Sequence record: NC_101835.1 | DNA: 64,000 nucleotides | Source: a phage | Direction: 5' to 3' (one strand) | Part shown: piece by piece, positions 18,470-28,295 of the stretch | Position numbering within the stretch: the first letter of the stretch is position 1 | How the letters are laid out: each line of letters opens with the position of its first letter | The notes under the pieces: generated by a model | The model's input: only the letters and a program-made list of their open reading frames with translations | What the model was told of the DNA's origin: nothing | The model's database searches: none | Position numbers and translations under genes: made by a program

Positions 18470-18676
18470 ATGAAAGATTTTCTGTTAGCAATTTTGTTCA
18501 TGGCAGCATGTCTGGCCTGTGGTGTCGTGTTTGCAGGTGAAACAGCGTATCTTGTCGATGTATATCGGGACAATGGTAAACGTATTTGCCTTTATGAGAC
18601 AAGCCAAGGTGAGCTCTACGAGCTTGTGAAACAAGGCGAGGCTGGATCTTGTCCTCGCACCCATTTCTTTGAATGA
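18470..18676 (+). CDS. small membrane/secreted protein (68 aa)
   Basis: N-terminal hydrophobic segment with cysteines. Confidence 0.3.
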   Translation: MKDFLLAILFMAACLACGVVFAGETAYLVDVYRDNGKRICLYETSQGELYELVKQGEAGSCPRTHFFE

Positions 18677-18685
18677 GGAGAATAC

Positions 18686-19150
18686 GTGGAAGACGGACGT
18701 TTAATGAAGTCTGAACGCAGGCTTATTGTGCAACTGATCCCAGAAACAGCTTGGTATAATAACCTCCGAAACGCTGTGAAGAAGAGTGAGTGGGATAAGA
18801 TCCGTAAGAAGTGCTACAGAGAAGCCAACTACACTTGTGAGGTGTGCGGAGGTAAAGGCAGCAAACATCCAGTGGAGTGTCATGAACTTTACACTTTCGA
18901 AGAGGGAGTGATCCGGCTTGTCGGACTGATAGCGTTGTGCCCAGATTGTCACACATCTGTGCATCCTGGGTTAGCAAATATCCGTGGAAAGTATGCTCAG
19001 GCAGTTAATCAGTTGGCTAAGGTGAATAAGATCACCAAGGGTATGGCAGAGGCCTATTACCGAGACTGCTTTGCAGAGTGGCGTGAGCTTAGTAAAGTTC
19101 CAGAATGGAAGACTGACTTTTCGTGGATAGAGGGTTACCTTGATGGCTAA
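18686..19150 (+). CDS. HNH-like zinc-binding protein (putative nuclease)
   Basis: CEVCGG...ECHELY...LCPDCHTSVHPG pattern. Confidence 0.35.
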   Translation: MEDGRLMKSERRLIVQLIPETAWYNNLRNAVKKSEWDKIRKKCYREANYTCEVCGGKGSKHPVECHELYTFEEGVIRLVGLIALCPDCHTSVHPGLANIRGKYAQAVNQLAKVNKITKGMAEAYYRDCFAEWRELSKVPEWKTDFSWIEGYLDG

Positions 19151-19433
19151 GAAACCTGCAAAAGAGAAATTTGATAAGACAGCTTTTGTATTCGATACAC
19201 CTCTGGACGATATCATCAGAGGTATGCAAGCCTTGTATCGGAAGTCTGAATCTGAGCAGTTGTCGGAATCAGAGCTTTACTGGTTGGGTTGGTGGGAGCT
19301 TAATCTACCTAAAGCTGAAAGCTCTGATCTAAAAACCGTTAAAACGTGTGCCCAAGAAAATGCTGCACTTGGAATTTACCACAAAAGAAAAAGATCAACA
19401 AAAAGCTCTCCAAGAAAGACTAAAAAGTCTTGA
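19140..19433 (+). CDS. hypothetical protein, basic C-terminus
   Basis: ORF overlapping upstream stop. Confidence 0.3.
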   Translation: MMAKKPAKEKFDKTAFVFDTPLDDIIRGMQALYRKSESEQLSESELYWLGWWELNLPKAESSDLKTVKTCAQENAALGIYHKRKRSTKSSPRKTKKS

Positions 19434-19459
19434 CAAATGAGTCTCTGATCTGATATTAT
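19430..19459 (+). promoter_or_regulatory. sigma70-like promoter
   Basis: TTGACA-N18-TATTAT. Confidence 0.4.
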
Positions 19460-19492
19460 CAGTTAACTATTTATTAACTAGGAGAACTAGGT

Positions 19493-19801
19493 ATGCTTAA
19501 AATTTTTATTGTTGAAGATAAAGATATCGTCCAGTTGTATGCACATGAGAATCACAAAGGTATGATTCTGAAGAAGGCAAGCAACCTTCATGAAAACACA
19601 ATTCAACCTGGCGATGTAATTAAGATCTGTGGCTATCTGATACCAGACTCCTTGATGAAAATAACCCACCACTGGGGGTCTAATCCGTTCCTTTTTGAAA
19701 AGTATTGGGATGTTGAGTCACTTATTGCAGAAAGTGATGATGCATTTCATTACAGCATCCAACCATCTTGCAGAGTAACTAACAGGAGGGGCTTTGAGTA
19801 G
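19493..19801 (+). CDS. hypothetical protein (102 aa)
   Basis: ATG preceded by AGGAGAA RBS. Confidence 0.4.
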   Translation: MLKIFIVEDKDIVQLYAHENHKGMILKKASNLHENTIQPGDVIKICGYLIPDSLMKITHHWGSNPFLFEKYWDVESLIAESDDAFHYSIQPSCRVTNRRGFE

Positions 19802-20933
19802 AGAATATCCACTTATTGAATCTGTAGATTGTCTTGCTGATCTTCTCGAACCTGACGCTATAGTTTATTATGACTTCGACCAGGTTGCATATCAAGCTGC
19901 GGCAAGTTGTGAAAAAAGGACAATTGAGGTAACACACAAAGCCTCCGGACGCAAGAAGATGTTTAAAACACGAACAGAGTTCTGGGGGCGGCAGAAGAAC
20001 ACCGTTGGTGGTTGGTTAAAAGCTGAGAATACCAACCGTGAAGCCGCATGTAAAAAGGCTGGAAAGGAGTTTATTCCGTGGACACGCGAAGATTTCGATG
20101 TCTTGGATATCCAAACCCCTGATCCTGTAGAGAACTGCTTACACACAATTAAGTGTAAAGCTAATGCAGTTCTTAACTATCTAGGTATTCCGGAAGAGCG
20201 ATGTGTCGGGGTGTTGGGAGGCACAGGTAACTTCAGACTAGATCTTCCAATGCCGGAAAGATACAAAGCCAACCGTAACAATACTCTTCGACCACTGCTG
20301 CTTGGAGATGCAAGACAGTATCTACAAAAGCAGTATAATGCTCAAGTGATCAACGGTATCGAGGCTGACGACTGGTTAGCTATCCAGCAATTTGAAGGTT
20401 GGAACCACTACCAAAAAACAGGTAAGTTCAACAAGTTTATTATCTCTATTGATAAGGACCAAAGAACACTACCGGGGCTTGTGTTCGATCCCATGCGAAA
20501 CGATAAGGGAGATTTTGTAAGGGAAACCCCTATGCTGATCGATAACGGTATGGGGAACATCTTCATGAAGCCTAATGGAGAGGTTGGTGGTTACGGAATG
20601 CTGTTCTTCGGATACCAAATGCTGTGTGGTGACTCTGCTGACAATATCAAGCCGTATCAAGGACTTATCGGTAAGGGTAAGTTCGGGGATGCCTCAGCAT
20701 TCTACCTACTGTCTCAGTGCAGCACTCCAAAGGAGATGTGGGTGGCTATTATTGATCAGTACAAGAAGTGGTTCCCGAAAGGTGTTGTTAAGTATACTGA
20801 CTTCAATGGTGTTGATCGTAGAATTTCCGTAGGTCAATGGATGAGTATAATTTTTGACTGTTTGTATATGAAGCGAACATTCAATGATCAAACAAAACTT
20901 GTTAACGTTCTTAGAAATGTTGGAGCAATTTGA
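19794..20933 (+). CDS. RNase H / flap endonuclease (T4 rnh-like 5'-3' exonuclease)
   Basis: Motifs IEADDWLAI and CGDSADNI as in T4 RNase H. Confidence 0.65.
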   Translation: MSREYPLIESVDCLADLLEPDAIVYYDFDQVAYQAAASCEKRTIEVTHKASGRKKMFKTRTEFWGRQKNTVGGWLKAENTNREAACKKAGKEFIPWTREDFDVLDIQTPDPVENCLHTIKCKANAVLNYLGIPEERCVGVLGGTGNFRLDLPMPERYKANRNNTLRPLLLGDARQYLQKQYNAQVINGIEADDWLAIQQFEGWNHYQKTGKFNKFIISIDKDQRTLPGLVFDPMRNDKGDFVRETPMLIDNGMGNIFMKPNGEVGGYGMLFFGYQMLCGDSADNIKPYQGLIGKGKFGDASAFYLLSQCSTPKEMWVAIIDQYKKWFPKGVVKYTDFNGVDRRISVGQWMSIIFDCLYMKRTFNDQTKLVNVLRNVGAI

Positions 20934-21265
20934 TGACTAAAAATTCTGTAGATAATGCAATTATGGAAGCTGTTTTTGAGGATGATCATACAACAGGGAC
21001 CATTAAAACAAAAAATACATTTATTGTTGCCACAGGTATGTGGCGGTTGTACGAAGATGACACCATTTCATACATCCTGTACACGGATGATTACGCAGAT
21101 GACCGTGTATGGTCTGCTGTTTTAAAAGAGGATTGTGAGCTGATTGAGGGCGAGCGGTTATGCATGTTCACCAGTGTGGAAACAGATGTTAAGCTTTGCT
21201 CTCTCGTCCTGTTCAAAGATAAGGCTTATGCTCCTGATGAAGGAGAGGAGGATGAGGAAGCATGA
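20930..21265 (+). CDS. hypothetical protein (111 aa)
   Basis: ORF with acidic tail, translationally coupled. Confidence 0.35.
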   Translation: MMTKNSVDNAIMEAVFEDDHTTGTIKTKNTFIVATGMWRLYEDDTISYILYTDDYADDRVWSAVLKEDCELIEGERLCMFTSVETDVKLCSLVLFKDKAYAPDEGEEDEEA

Positions 21266-21891
21266 GAGAGCGTCTATTATCCATAGACCAGTCGTTGACA
21301 CACACAGCTTGCGTTGTATGGGACGATGGAAAGCCTGTTCACAAGGTTGTGTTACGAACTCAAAGCTCATCTGCAAAAGAGAAGAAACCAGGGACGGTTT
21401 CTTTTGCAACAGCTGCTGAGCGTATTGACTGGATCTGCAAACAGGTCAGATATTATATCCACACGCACCACGTTGACACCGTGGTTATGGAAGGGCTTTC
21501 CTTTGGATCACGCGGGGATGCCACACGTGAACTGGCTGGGTTGTTTTACGGTCTCGAAGTTATGCTTTGGGATGCTTTAGCTGATTGTGAAAATGACGGC
21601 CTGTTTAAGGTTCACACAGTGACACCAACAACTGCCAAAAAGTTTGCTCGTAGTCATCTTCCTGAGGAACTTGCTTTTGAGGAGAAGAAAAAGCTTGACA
21701 AAAGGACAGGTAAAGAGCATACTGTGAAGAAACCTGTTACGATGGATAAAAAGTTGATGGTTAAGGCCTGCGAAGTATCTGAACCTGGGTTCCTAGATGG
21801 GATCAATTTGGTACAAGGTAAGGCCGATCTTGCAGATGCTTATTGGATAGGCAGGGCGCATCTGGAGGGATTATCGCAAAGCGTAAAATAA
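21262..21891 (+). CDS. RuvC-like resolvase (tentative)
   Basis: N-terminal LSIDQSLTHTACVVWDDG resembles RuvC-fold nucleases. Confidence 0.35.
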   Translation: MRERLLSIDQSLTHTACVVWDDGKPVHKVVLRTQSSSAKEKKPGTVSFATAAERIDWICKQVRYYIHTHHVDTVVMEGLSFGSRGDATRELAGLFYGLEVMLWDALADCENDGLFKVHTVTPTTAKKFARSHLPEELAFEEKKKLDKRTGKEHTVKKPVTMDKKLMVKACEVSEPGFLDGINLVQGKADLADAYWIGRAHLEGLSQSVK

Positions 21892-22448
21892 GAAAGAAAG
21901 CTGTCAAAGCTCCCGTTCATAACGGGTGGTTAAAAGATTCTAAGGACATAGCCAACTTTCGAAAAGAATTGTCAGAGGAGCAGGATGGTCTTGATCCAAT
22001 CTTGTGCGAGCCACTTCGTAAGCCTTGTTTAGATCATGATCATCTGACTGGTCGTTGCAGGGGTGTTTTGTCTCAATGCACTAATACCTTTGAGGGGTAT
22101 GTGCTTAAATACTGGATGAAATACTGTAACGAGTATACAGATTGCAGTTTATCAGAGGCGTTGCGCCGGATGGCTGACTATTTGGAGAAAGACTACAGCG
22201 ACTTCCCGCTCCACAAAAACTACAGAGATGATATGACAAAGTTCTTGAGGAGATGCTCTAAAGCTACGATCATTGCACGAGCAGAATCAGATCTCAATCT
22301 TGTCATTAATCCGGAGTGCACCAAGCATGAGGCTATTGAGTTCTACATGCAGGAGTTTATAAAGAAAACTGAGGAGAGAGATTTCTATGGGGATGAAAAA
22401 GGTATTCAATCCTTGCGACTCAGTCCTGATCAGGATGAAATACCGTAA
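21843..22448 (+). CDS. endonuclease VII-like junction-resolving enzyme; start uncertain
   Basis: CLDHDHLTGRCRGVLSQCTN matches the T4 gp49 HNH core; N-terminal extension overlaps upstream gene. Confidence 0.6.
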   Translation: MDRQGASGGIIAKRKIRKKAVKAPVHNGWLKDSKDIANFRKELSEEQDGLDPILCEPLRKPCLDHDHLTGRCRGVLSQCTNTFEGYVLKYWMKYCNEYTDCSLSEALRRMADYLEKDYSDFPLHKNYRDDMTKFLRRCSKATIIARAESDLNLVINPECTKHEAIEFYMQEFIKKTEERDFYGDEKGIQSLRLSPDQDEIP

Positions 22449-22608
22449 CTGGAAAGGTGTTGTTGCAGATCGCTGCGTTACTGAGCCTAATTTATGGTTT
22501 GGCTCTACAGAGTATCATAAAGAAGAGCAGTGGTTGATGCGTGCCTTCGATGTAGACAAGGGCGAATATCGTGACTTCGCTTTAAAAGACATTCTTCAGT
22601 TTTACTAA
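22387..22608 (+). CDS. hypothetical protein (73 aa)
   Basis: ORF overlapping 3' end of endoVII gene in another frame. Confidence 0.25.
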   Translation: MGMKKVFNPCDSVLIRMKYRNWKGVVADRCVTEPNLWFGSTEYHKEEQWLMRAFDVDKGEYRDFALKDILQFY

Positions 22609-22620
22609 GGAATCTTAACG

Positions 22621-23604
22621 ATGATGACAAAGTTAACTCTTGAGCAAATTTTAACACTAAAGCAACAGGGATACACTAATAGACAAATTGCTCGTGAATT
22701 TTTAGGCCGTGAGTCACGTGAGAGCTGGATCCGACTACAGCTTAAACGTGCACAAGAGAATATGTCAGAGATTGTAGGAGAAGCAACGGAGCGCTTCCTT
22801 GAAGAGCACAAAGGCGCTAAAGTTTGGGTGTATGATACAGAGACATCCCCAACAAACGGCTGGTTCTTTGGGCACTATAAGACCAACATTCAAACCTGTG
22901 GTATTGAAGTTATGCCTTATATGCTAACTTTCGCAGGTAAGTGGTTAGACAGCCCTAGTGTGGTTGACTGCGCTCTTCCCGATTACAAAATGTGGGATGA
23001 GGATATTCACAATGATCTCGAATTGATTCAGGATTTGTGGTATTATCTGGATAAATGCGATGTCGCAGTAGTCCACAATTCAGGTTTTGACTGCGGGTGG
23101 GCCAACCAACGATTTGCATTTCACGGGTTGCCTCCAACAAGCCCCTACAAAGAGGTTGACACCCTTAAAATGATCAAGAAGGCATTCCGTTTGAATGCAA
23201 ACACTTTGGAGTATGCATGCAAATACTTCCAACTGGCCAGACAGAAACTGATTGATCACACATTTGAAATGTGGATCAAGTGTGTCCATGGCGATCTTGA
23301 GGCATTTAAACAGATGCGGGAGTATAATGTTGGTGATATCCTGTCTCTGGAAGGACTGTATTTGCTGGCTCGCCCGTTTGCTAAGCAGCACCCAAACATG
23401 TCATTGTACTACCAGGACGAGGAGCCAAAGGTTCGTTGCCCACGCTGTGGTGGAGAACACCTTCACGAGGAAGAAGCTTTGGCATATACTCAGCTGAGTG
23501 CATTTAAAACATACCGCTGCGAAGGTTGTGGATCTGTTGTTCGTGACCGTAACAACATCCGTACCAGAGAAGAAATGAAAAACACCCTGATTCAGATAAT
23601 CTAA
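22621..23604 (+). CDS. DEDD-type 3'-5' exonuclease with N-terminal HTH and C-terminal zinc ribbon
   Basis: N-terminal HTH-like segment, VYDTETS exo motif, CPRCGG...CEGCG. Confidence 0.45.
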   Translation: MMTKLTLEQILTLKQQGYTNRQIAREFLGRESRESWIRLQLKRAQENMSEIVGEATERFLEEHKGAKVWVYDTETSPTNGWFFGHYKTNIQTCGIEVMPYMLTFAGKWLDSPSVVDCALPDYKMWDEDIHNDLELIQDLWYYLDKCDVAVVHNSGFDCGWANQRFAFHGLPPTSPYKEVDTLKMIKKAFRLNANTLEYACKYFQLARQKLIDHTFEMWIKCVHGDLEAFKQMREYNVGDILSLEGLYLLARPFAKQHPNMSLYYQDEEPKVRCPRCGGEHLHEEEALAYTQLSAFKTYRCEGCGSVVRDRNNIRTREEMKNTLIQII

Positions 23605-23612
23605 CAATTATA

Positions 23613-23640
23613 GGGAGGCTTGCGCCTCCCTTTTCCTTTT
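23613..23640 (+). terminator. rho-independent terminator
   Basis: GGGAGGC-ttgc-GCCTCCC followed by T-run. Confidence 0.5.
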
Positions 23641-23649
23641 GGAGGCACT

Positions 23650-24468
23650 TTGAGCAAGAAAGAGTCCAACGACAAATATTACACAAACCCTGAGTATGCA
23701 GAATATCTTGTTGGTAAAGTAAAAGATAAGTATGGGAATTGTGCATACGTTGAGCCTTCTGCTGGAAGGGGTTCTTTTTCAAAACTATTTTCAGAGATAC
23801 TGTCGTACGATTTAGTACCAGATCCTGAATTTGAAGGACCAACACCGTGCATTCAGGCAAACTTCTTGGAGGTTCATCCCAAGGCAGATGTCTTCATAGG
23901 TAACCCACCATTTGGCAAGAATTCATCTTTAGCTTGCAAATTCTTCAACCATTGTGCATCATTGCTAGAGCTTGGAGGGGCTATAGCCTTCATCTTGCCA
24001 CGGACATTTGAAAAAATATTTTTTGCAAACAAACTGGACATGTCGATGCACCTTGTCTACAGCGAAAGGTGCCCTAAGAATTCGTTTTTACTTAATGGCA
24101 AACCTTATGACGTGCCATGTGTTTTCCAAATTTGGGAGAAAAAGGAGTGCAATAGGGATCCTGTAGAGATTGGGGAGAATAGGTTATTTTCTTTTAGCAC
24201 TCCAGATGACTACGACTTCTGTGTAAGACGTGTTGGGTATAATGCTGGAAAAGTATTGGGGGAGGATGACCCAAAATCTGAAGAATCAACATATTTCATA
24301 AAATCTTTAGTTGACGGTGTTGACAGAGTGTTTGCTGAATGCTATTCTTCCTTTCAAGAAGAAGCAGGTAAGACTGCCGGAATGAAGAGTATAGGTAAGA
24401 AAGAACTACAATACATTTTGGAGACTAGGTATGATCAAAAGCATAGACTTGACCAAAGAACTTACTGA
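23650..24468 (+). CDS. DNA N6-adenine methyltransferase; non-ATG (TTG) start assumed
   Basis: Motif I EPSAGRGSF and motif IV IGNPPFG; ORF-track frame begins inside upstream terminator. Confidence 0.55.
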   Translation: MSKKESNDKYYTNPEYAEYLVGKVKDKYGNCAYVEPSAGRGSFSKLFSEILSYDLVPDPEFEGPTPCIQANFLEVHPKADVFIGNPPFGKNSSLACKFFNHCASLLELGGAIAFILPRTFEKIFFANKLDMSMHLVYSERCPKNSFLLNGKPYDVPCVFQIWEKKECNRDPVEIGENRLFSFSTPDDYDFCVRRVGYNAGKVLGEDDPKSEESTYFIKSLVDGVDRVFAECYSSFQEEAGKTAGMKSIGKKELQYILETRYDQKHRLDQRTY

Positions 24469-24889
24469 TGCAAAAGCTTTTGGTGAGACAGCGGTACAAA
24501 GGGGGCAGGCGATGGGACTGGCACTACCTTTCGTCTTAAAAGAGCACTTTACAGATTTTCAACTTATCAAGGGCGATAAGGGAATGCTTATCCTGGAGCA
24601 TAAGTTGAGTAAGAAACGCTACAAAGTTGTTTTTAATTCTAAAGCTCCAACAAAACTTGGATTCAGAACTTACAATCTCAACCCATCCTATACTAAGGGT
24701 GTTGGAAGGGTAGAACAACAGCATTTCAGTGCTAGAGCTTCTTTAGCCCCTTTGATGCTAAATTTCTCAGGGGTGGCTTTAGGATACCTTGACAAGAAAA
24801 GAGTTCTTCATGTCCGTTTCACAGACTTTGTAACGCTTTTAGCTAACAACGAAGTTGATGAAAAGGGACGTGTAAAAACAAACTTCTAA
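24431..24889 (+). CDS. hypothetical protein (152 aa)
   Basis: ORF in co-directional block. Confidence 0.35.
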   Translation: MIKSIDLTKELTDAKAFGETAVQRGQAMGLALPFVLKEHFTDFQLIKGDKGMLILEHKLSKKRYKVVFNSKAPTKLGFRTYNLNPSYTKGVGRVEQQHFSARASLAPLMLNFSGVALGYLDKKRVLHVRFTDFVTLLANNEVDEKGRVKTNF

Positions 24890-24904
24890 TAACGCATAGT
24901 ATGA

Positions 24905-25108
24905 TTGGAGACCGCAATGACACTAAAGTTAACAATTCCAGACAGCTTTTCAGAAAACTTTATCCCAGAAATGATGGGTAAGATGCGATCATTGCTTGAT
25001 CAGATTGAGGAAGCTGTTTGGGAAGACGATGCTGTAGTGGCTAACGAGCTGGTAGATAAGTGTAAAAGTATTATTGATGCAGTTGAAGAATACCACGGAG
25101 GTTTTTGA
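24905..25108 (+). CDS. hypothetical protein (67 aa, acidic)
   Basis: GGAG RBS. Confidence 0.3.
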   Translation: METAMTLKLTIPDSFSENFIPEMMGKMRSLLDQIEEAVWEDDAVVANELVDKCKSIIDAVEEYHGGF

Positions 25109-25722
25109 TGGATATTATTGTTCTTAACGCCCCACCCAGCAGTGGTAAGGATCACATTGCAGATCTCTTGTTGGAAGCTATTCCTAACTCACACCACCGT
25201 GAGGTTAAGGAGATGCTCTTCAGTGTGGCAATTAAGGGAGCTGGCGTAACTCCTCAACTCTGGAATGCACTTTATGACCGCCACTACAAAGAAGAGCCTT
25301 GCCCTTTCTTAATGATAGACGGCAAGCATGTTTCTCCGCGAGAATGGATGATCCATTGTAGTGAAAATCTGATTAAACCTATCTTTGGTGAAGATGCTTT
25401 CGGTAAAGCCGCAGTCGCATCTTTGAAGAAAGATTTCCCTAAAGGTAAAGGGGTTGTTGTTTACTCCGATGGTGGATTCAAAGAGGAGCTGGCATGCCTT
25501 AGCGAGTACGCGTACAGCACAGGTGGAGATCTGTTGTTGTTCCGTATTCACCGTGTCGGATATGACTGGGGAAATGATTCCAGAACCTATCTAAGTCTGG
25601 AAAAGAACGGAATAAAAGGAATTGAGTTCGATGTTGTAAACCCTGAAGGTGCACCTTGGGAATGTGCATCGGAGATTGTGTGCAAGTATATTGATGCTAA
25701 AGAGGCCCAAGAAGAATGTTAA
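25105..25722 (+). CDS. P-loop kinase, possibly dNMP kinase
   Basis: Walker A NAPPSSGKD (cf. T4 gp1 RSGKD). Confidence 0.35.
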   Translation: MMDIIVLNAPPSSGKDHIADLLLEAIPNSHHREVKEMLFSVAIKGAGVTPQLWNALYDRHYKEEPCPFLMIDGKHVSPREWMIHCSENLIKPIFGEDAFGKAAVASLKKDFPKGKGVVVYSDGGFKEELACLSEYAYSTGGDLLLFRIHRVGYDWGNDSRTYLSLEKNGIKGIEFDVVNPEGAPWECASEIVCKYIDAKEAQEEC

Positions 25723-26309
25723 TCGGTATTGATGTAGATTTGACACTGGTAGATTCAGGAACAGCATGGTGGGAGTGGTTGGAGCGTTTATATGGTCCAG
25801 CCAGTAAGACAGTCGCTAAACCTTCTAATGGGCTGATGTATTACGATCTGTCAAAGTATTGGCCTGATCGCCCCAAAGAAAACATCATAGGACCTTTTGA
25901 TTTCTGGAGTGACCCGTTCCTCTACGACTTTCTTAAGCCCGAAGAGGGGGCTATTGAGGTTATGAAAGATTTGGTGGCTCGTGGTCACAAGCTTGCATTT
26001 ATCTCGGTATGCAAGAAAGGTCACCTTGCATCTAAATCAAGGTTCTTAAAGCGTTGGACCAGTGATTTTATGGATCTGGACGATCACACCCAGGGTCACG
26101 GCTTCTACGCCACACATTTCAAAGGAAATGTGGCTGTAGATGTTATAATTGACGACAGGCATGAATACCTGAACCAATTCGCTTCACGACCTGAAGTTAT
26201 TAAAATCCTAAAAGATACGCCTTATGAGCAATTCGAGGAGTTAAAGGTCAGTGTTGACTATACCGCTAACAGCTGGTATAAAATAGGAAAGTTTTTAGAA
26301 GGTATTTGA
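25716..26309 (+). CDS. HAD-superfamily hydrolase (putative nucleotidase)
   Basis: N-terminal GIDVDLTL (DxDxT) and downstream IIDD. Confidence 0.45.
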   Translation: MLIGIDVDLTLVDSGTAWWEWLERLYGPASKTVAKPSNGLMYYDLSKYWPDRPKENIIGPFDFWSDPFLYDFLKPEEGAIEVMKDLVARGHKLAFISVCKKGHLASKSRFLKRWTSDFMDLDDHTQGHGFYATHFKGNVAVDVIIDDRHEYLNQFASRPEVIKILKDTPYEQFEELKVSVDYTANSWYKIGKFLEGI

Positions 26310-26310
26310 A

Positions 26311-26511
26311 ATGGGCAGATGTTCTAAAGGTGGCGATCCTGTAGTCAGATACGGTGACTGGCTAGAGGTGTATGATCTGGGAGGTAAGCTGGTGTATGCC
26401 TCCAGGATCACCCAAGACATGTGCTCCGATATGTTCAACAGATACCTTGCATTTAAGGCCAACATAAACCCAGACGAAATTTCCAAAATTAAAACAAGGA
26501 GAGCTAAATAA
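26311..26511 (+). CDS. hypothetical protein (66 aa)
   Basis: ORF, translationally coupled. Confidence 0.3.
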   Translation: MGRCSKGGDPVVRYGDWLEVYDLGGKLVYASRITQDMCSDMFNRYLAFKANINPDEISKIKTRRAK

Positions 26512-27494
26512 TGCTAAAACTGTGCACTGCAAAGATCATTGCTGACAGCATTTCCGAGAAAGGTAAGCGCATCACAACTTTTGAGCTAGAGTATCCTCGA
26601 ATTATTCACTCAGAGCTTATGACGCATCGAGTATTCAGCCGAAACGCCATGTCTTCCCGTGCAGTTCCTGTCGGCAAGATGCTGCAACAGATTGTGGAGA
26701 ATCCGGCAATGCCAGTTCGCTTCGGTGCAAATAAGCGAGGGATGGAAGATGGTGGGGAACACGATCAAAAGATCCGTGTAGAGTACACTGACATGGAGTT
26801 AACTCCTGAAGAATTTTGGAAAGAAGCTGCAAAAAACGCCGCTTGGCATGCAGAGAAGTTCGCCCTTGCTGGTTACCATAAGCAAGTATGTAACCGCTTA
26901 GTGGAGCCTTTTCAACGCATGAAAACAGTTGTAACAAGCACCGAGTGGAATAATTTTTTCCACCTCCGTTGCTGGCACGATGCGGATCCTACGATTCAGA
27001 TGTTGGCTAATTGTATGTGGGAGGCTCTTGGGAATAGCACTCCTGAAATCCTTAAACCGGGTCAATGGCACACCCCATATGTAGAGCACGTTTATTTGGA
27101 CGGAGAGTTTAACTACGCTGTGCGTGACACAGAAGGAAAGCTCTGCATTCTCGATACTAAAGAAGCTCTGTCTATCAGTGCTAGTTGCTGTGCACAAGTA
27201 TCTTATCGAAATATTGACAGCACGTTTGAAAAGGCAGACAGTGTGGCTAAAAAATTGATTGGTGGGGATCGTATTCATGCAAGCCCTTACGAGCACCAGG
27301 CAACACCTATGGATCACGATAACGCAATGGAACGTTTAAACTACTACCTGTCTTCATGTGAAATCACACAAGACATCAGTACTTGGCAGGAAGGTGTAAC
27401 CCATCAAGACCGTGATGGTAAATTCTGGTCTGCCAACTTTTGTGGGTGGGTTCAGCACAGACAACTGCTTAATAACCACTTCGTGAAAGGTTAA
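26511..27494 (+). CDS. thyX: ThyX-family protein (flavin-dependent thymidylate synthase-like, variant motif)
   Basis: ELMTHRVFSRNAMSSRA aligns to ThyX signature RHRxxSxNxxSxRY with R-to-T and Y-to-A changes. Confidence 0.55.
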   Translation: MLKLCTAKIIADSISEKGKRITTFELEYPRIIHSELMTHRVFSRNAMSSRAVPVGKMLQQIVENPAMPVRFGANKRGMEDGGEHDQKIRVEYTDMELTPEEFWKEAAKNAAWHAEKFALAGYHKQVCNRLVEPFQRMKTVVTSTEWNNFFHLRCWHDADPTIQMLANCMWEALGNSTPEILKPGQWHTPYVEHVYLDGEFNYAVRDTEGKLCILDTKEALSISASCCAQVSYRNIDSTFEKADSVAKKLIGGDRIHASPYEHQATPMDHDNAMERLNYYLSSCEITQDISTWQEGVTHQDRDGKFWSANFCGWVQHRQLLNNHFVKG

Positions 27495-27523
27495 TCCTAT
27501 CACAGCGATAGGTAACTTTTGTG

Positions 27524-27552
27524 TTGACTAATAGTATCAGATAATCTATAAT
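27524..27552 (+). promoter_or_regulatory. sigma70-like promoter
   Basis: TTGACT-N17-TATAAT. Confidence 0.45.
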
Positions 27553-27592
27553 AATGGCTCACTTTGTTAGTGAGCCAGAAATGGAGACAGAT

Positions 27593-28054
27593 ATGAGTAA
27601 TGTTATGATTCCTAAAAAGACATTTATTTCAGTTACTTTGGATTTCCTATCTACCGTTCCCGGGTTTAACGTTCGCACACGAAACGGTCTCCGAGCTGCA
27701 CTCTTTGCCGTAGGGTTTGATTTAAAAAGTATTGATGTTCTTCGTGGAAAAAACGTTCGATGCAAAAATAAGCCAACACATTATCGAAAGGCAGATGTAT
27801 TTGCTGGTGTCATGCGTGCAGACTTTAGATACCCGCAAATGTATAACGGTGTAGATATTTTAGATGTGGATAAAGCACCTGGTGAGGCAATGCTTGTTCA
27901 AGATCTCCCGTATGATATCCCAGTAGAGGATCGTGTTAATGTAAGAAAGTATACAAAACAATCTGAAAAGGCTGAAGATATTCATATTGTTGATGAACCT
28001 TTCAATTTTGAAGATCTGCATCGCCTGGAAAAATTATTCGGTATTGAAAGCTAA
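27593..28054 (+). CDS. hypothetical protein (153 aa)
   Basis: ORF-track start at 27554 lies inside the promoter; ATG at 27593 has GGAGA RBS. Confidence 0.4.
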   Translation: MSNVMIPKKTFISVTLDFLSTVPGFNVRTRNGLRAALFAVGFDLKSIDVLRGKNVRCKNKPTHYRKADVFAGVMRADFRYPQMYNGVDILDVDKAPGEAMLVQDLPYDIPVEDRVNVRKYTKQSEKAEDIHIVDEPFNFEDLHRLEKLFGIES

Positions 28055-28064
28055 GGTGGTGAAG

Positions 28065-28295
28065 ATGAGCCATAACTCCAAGTGGAAGGATCTTGGTTTT
28101 GCAAGTCGGGCAGAATATGTTGGTTGGCTTTGGTTCAACGGCCTGACAAACGATATTAAAATGTATGATGATGTTTATTATGACGAGTATACAGGTAAAA
28201 TTATAAATATCTCTGTAGAAGAGGATACCTTTATCCAGCAAGATACTGATACCTGCCTTGATAAATACGTTAATGAAGTGGAGGAAGCAAATTGA
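28065..28295 (+). CDS. hypothetical protein (76 aa)
   Basis: ATG with AAGGTGG RBS. Confidence 0.35.
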   Translation: MSHNSKWKDLGFASRAEYVGWLWFNGLTNDIKMYDDVYYDEYTGKIINISVEEDTFIQQDTDTCLDKYVNEVEEAN

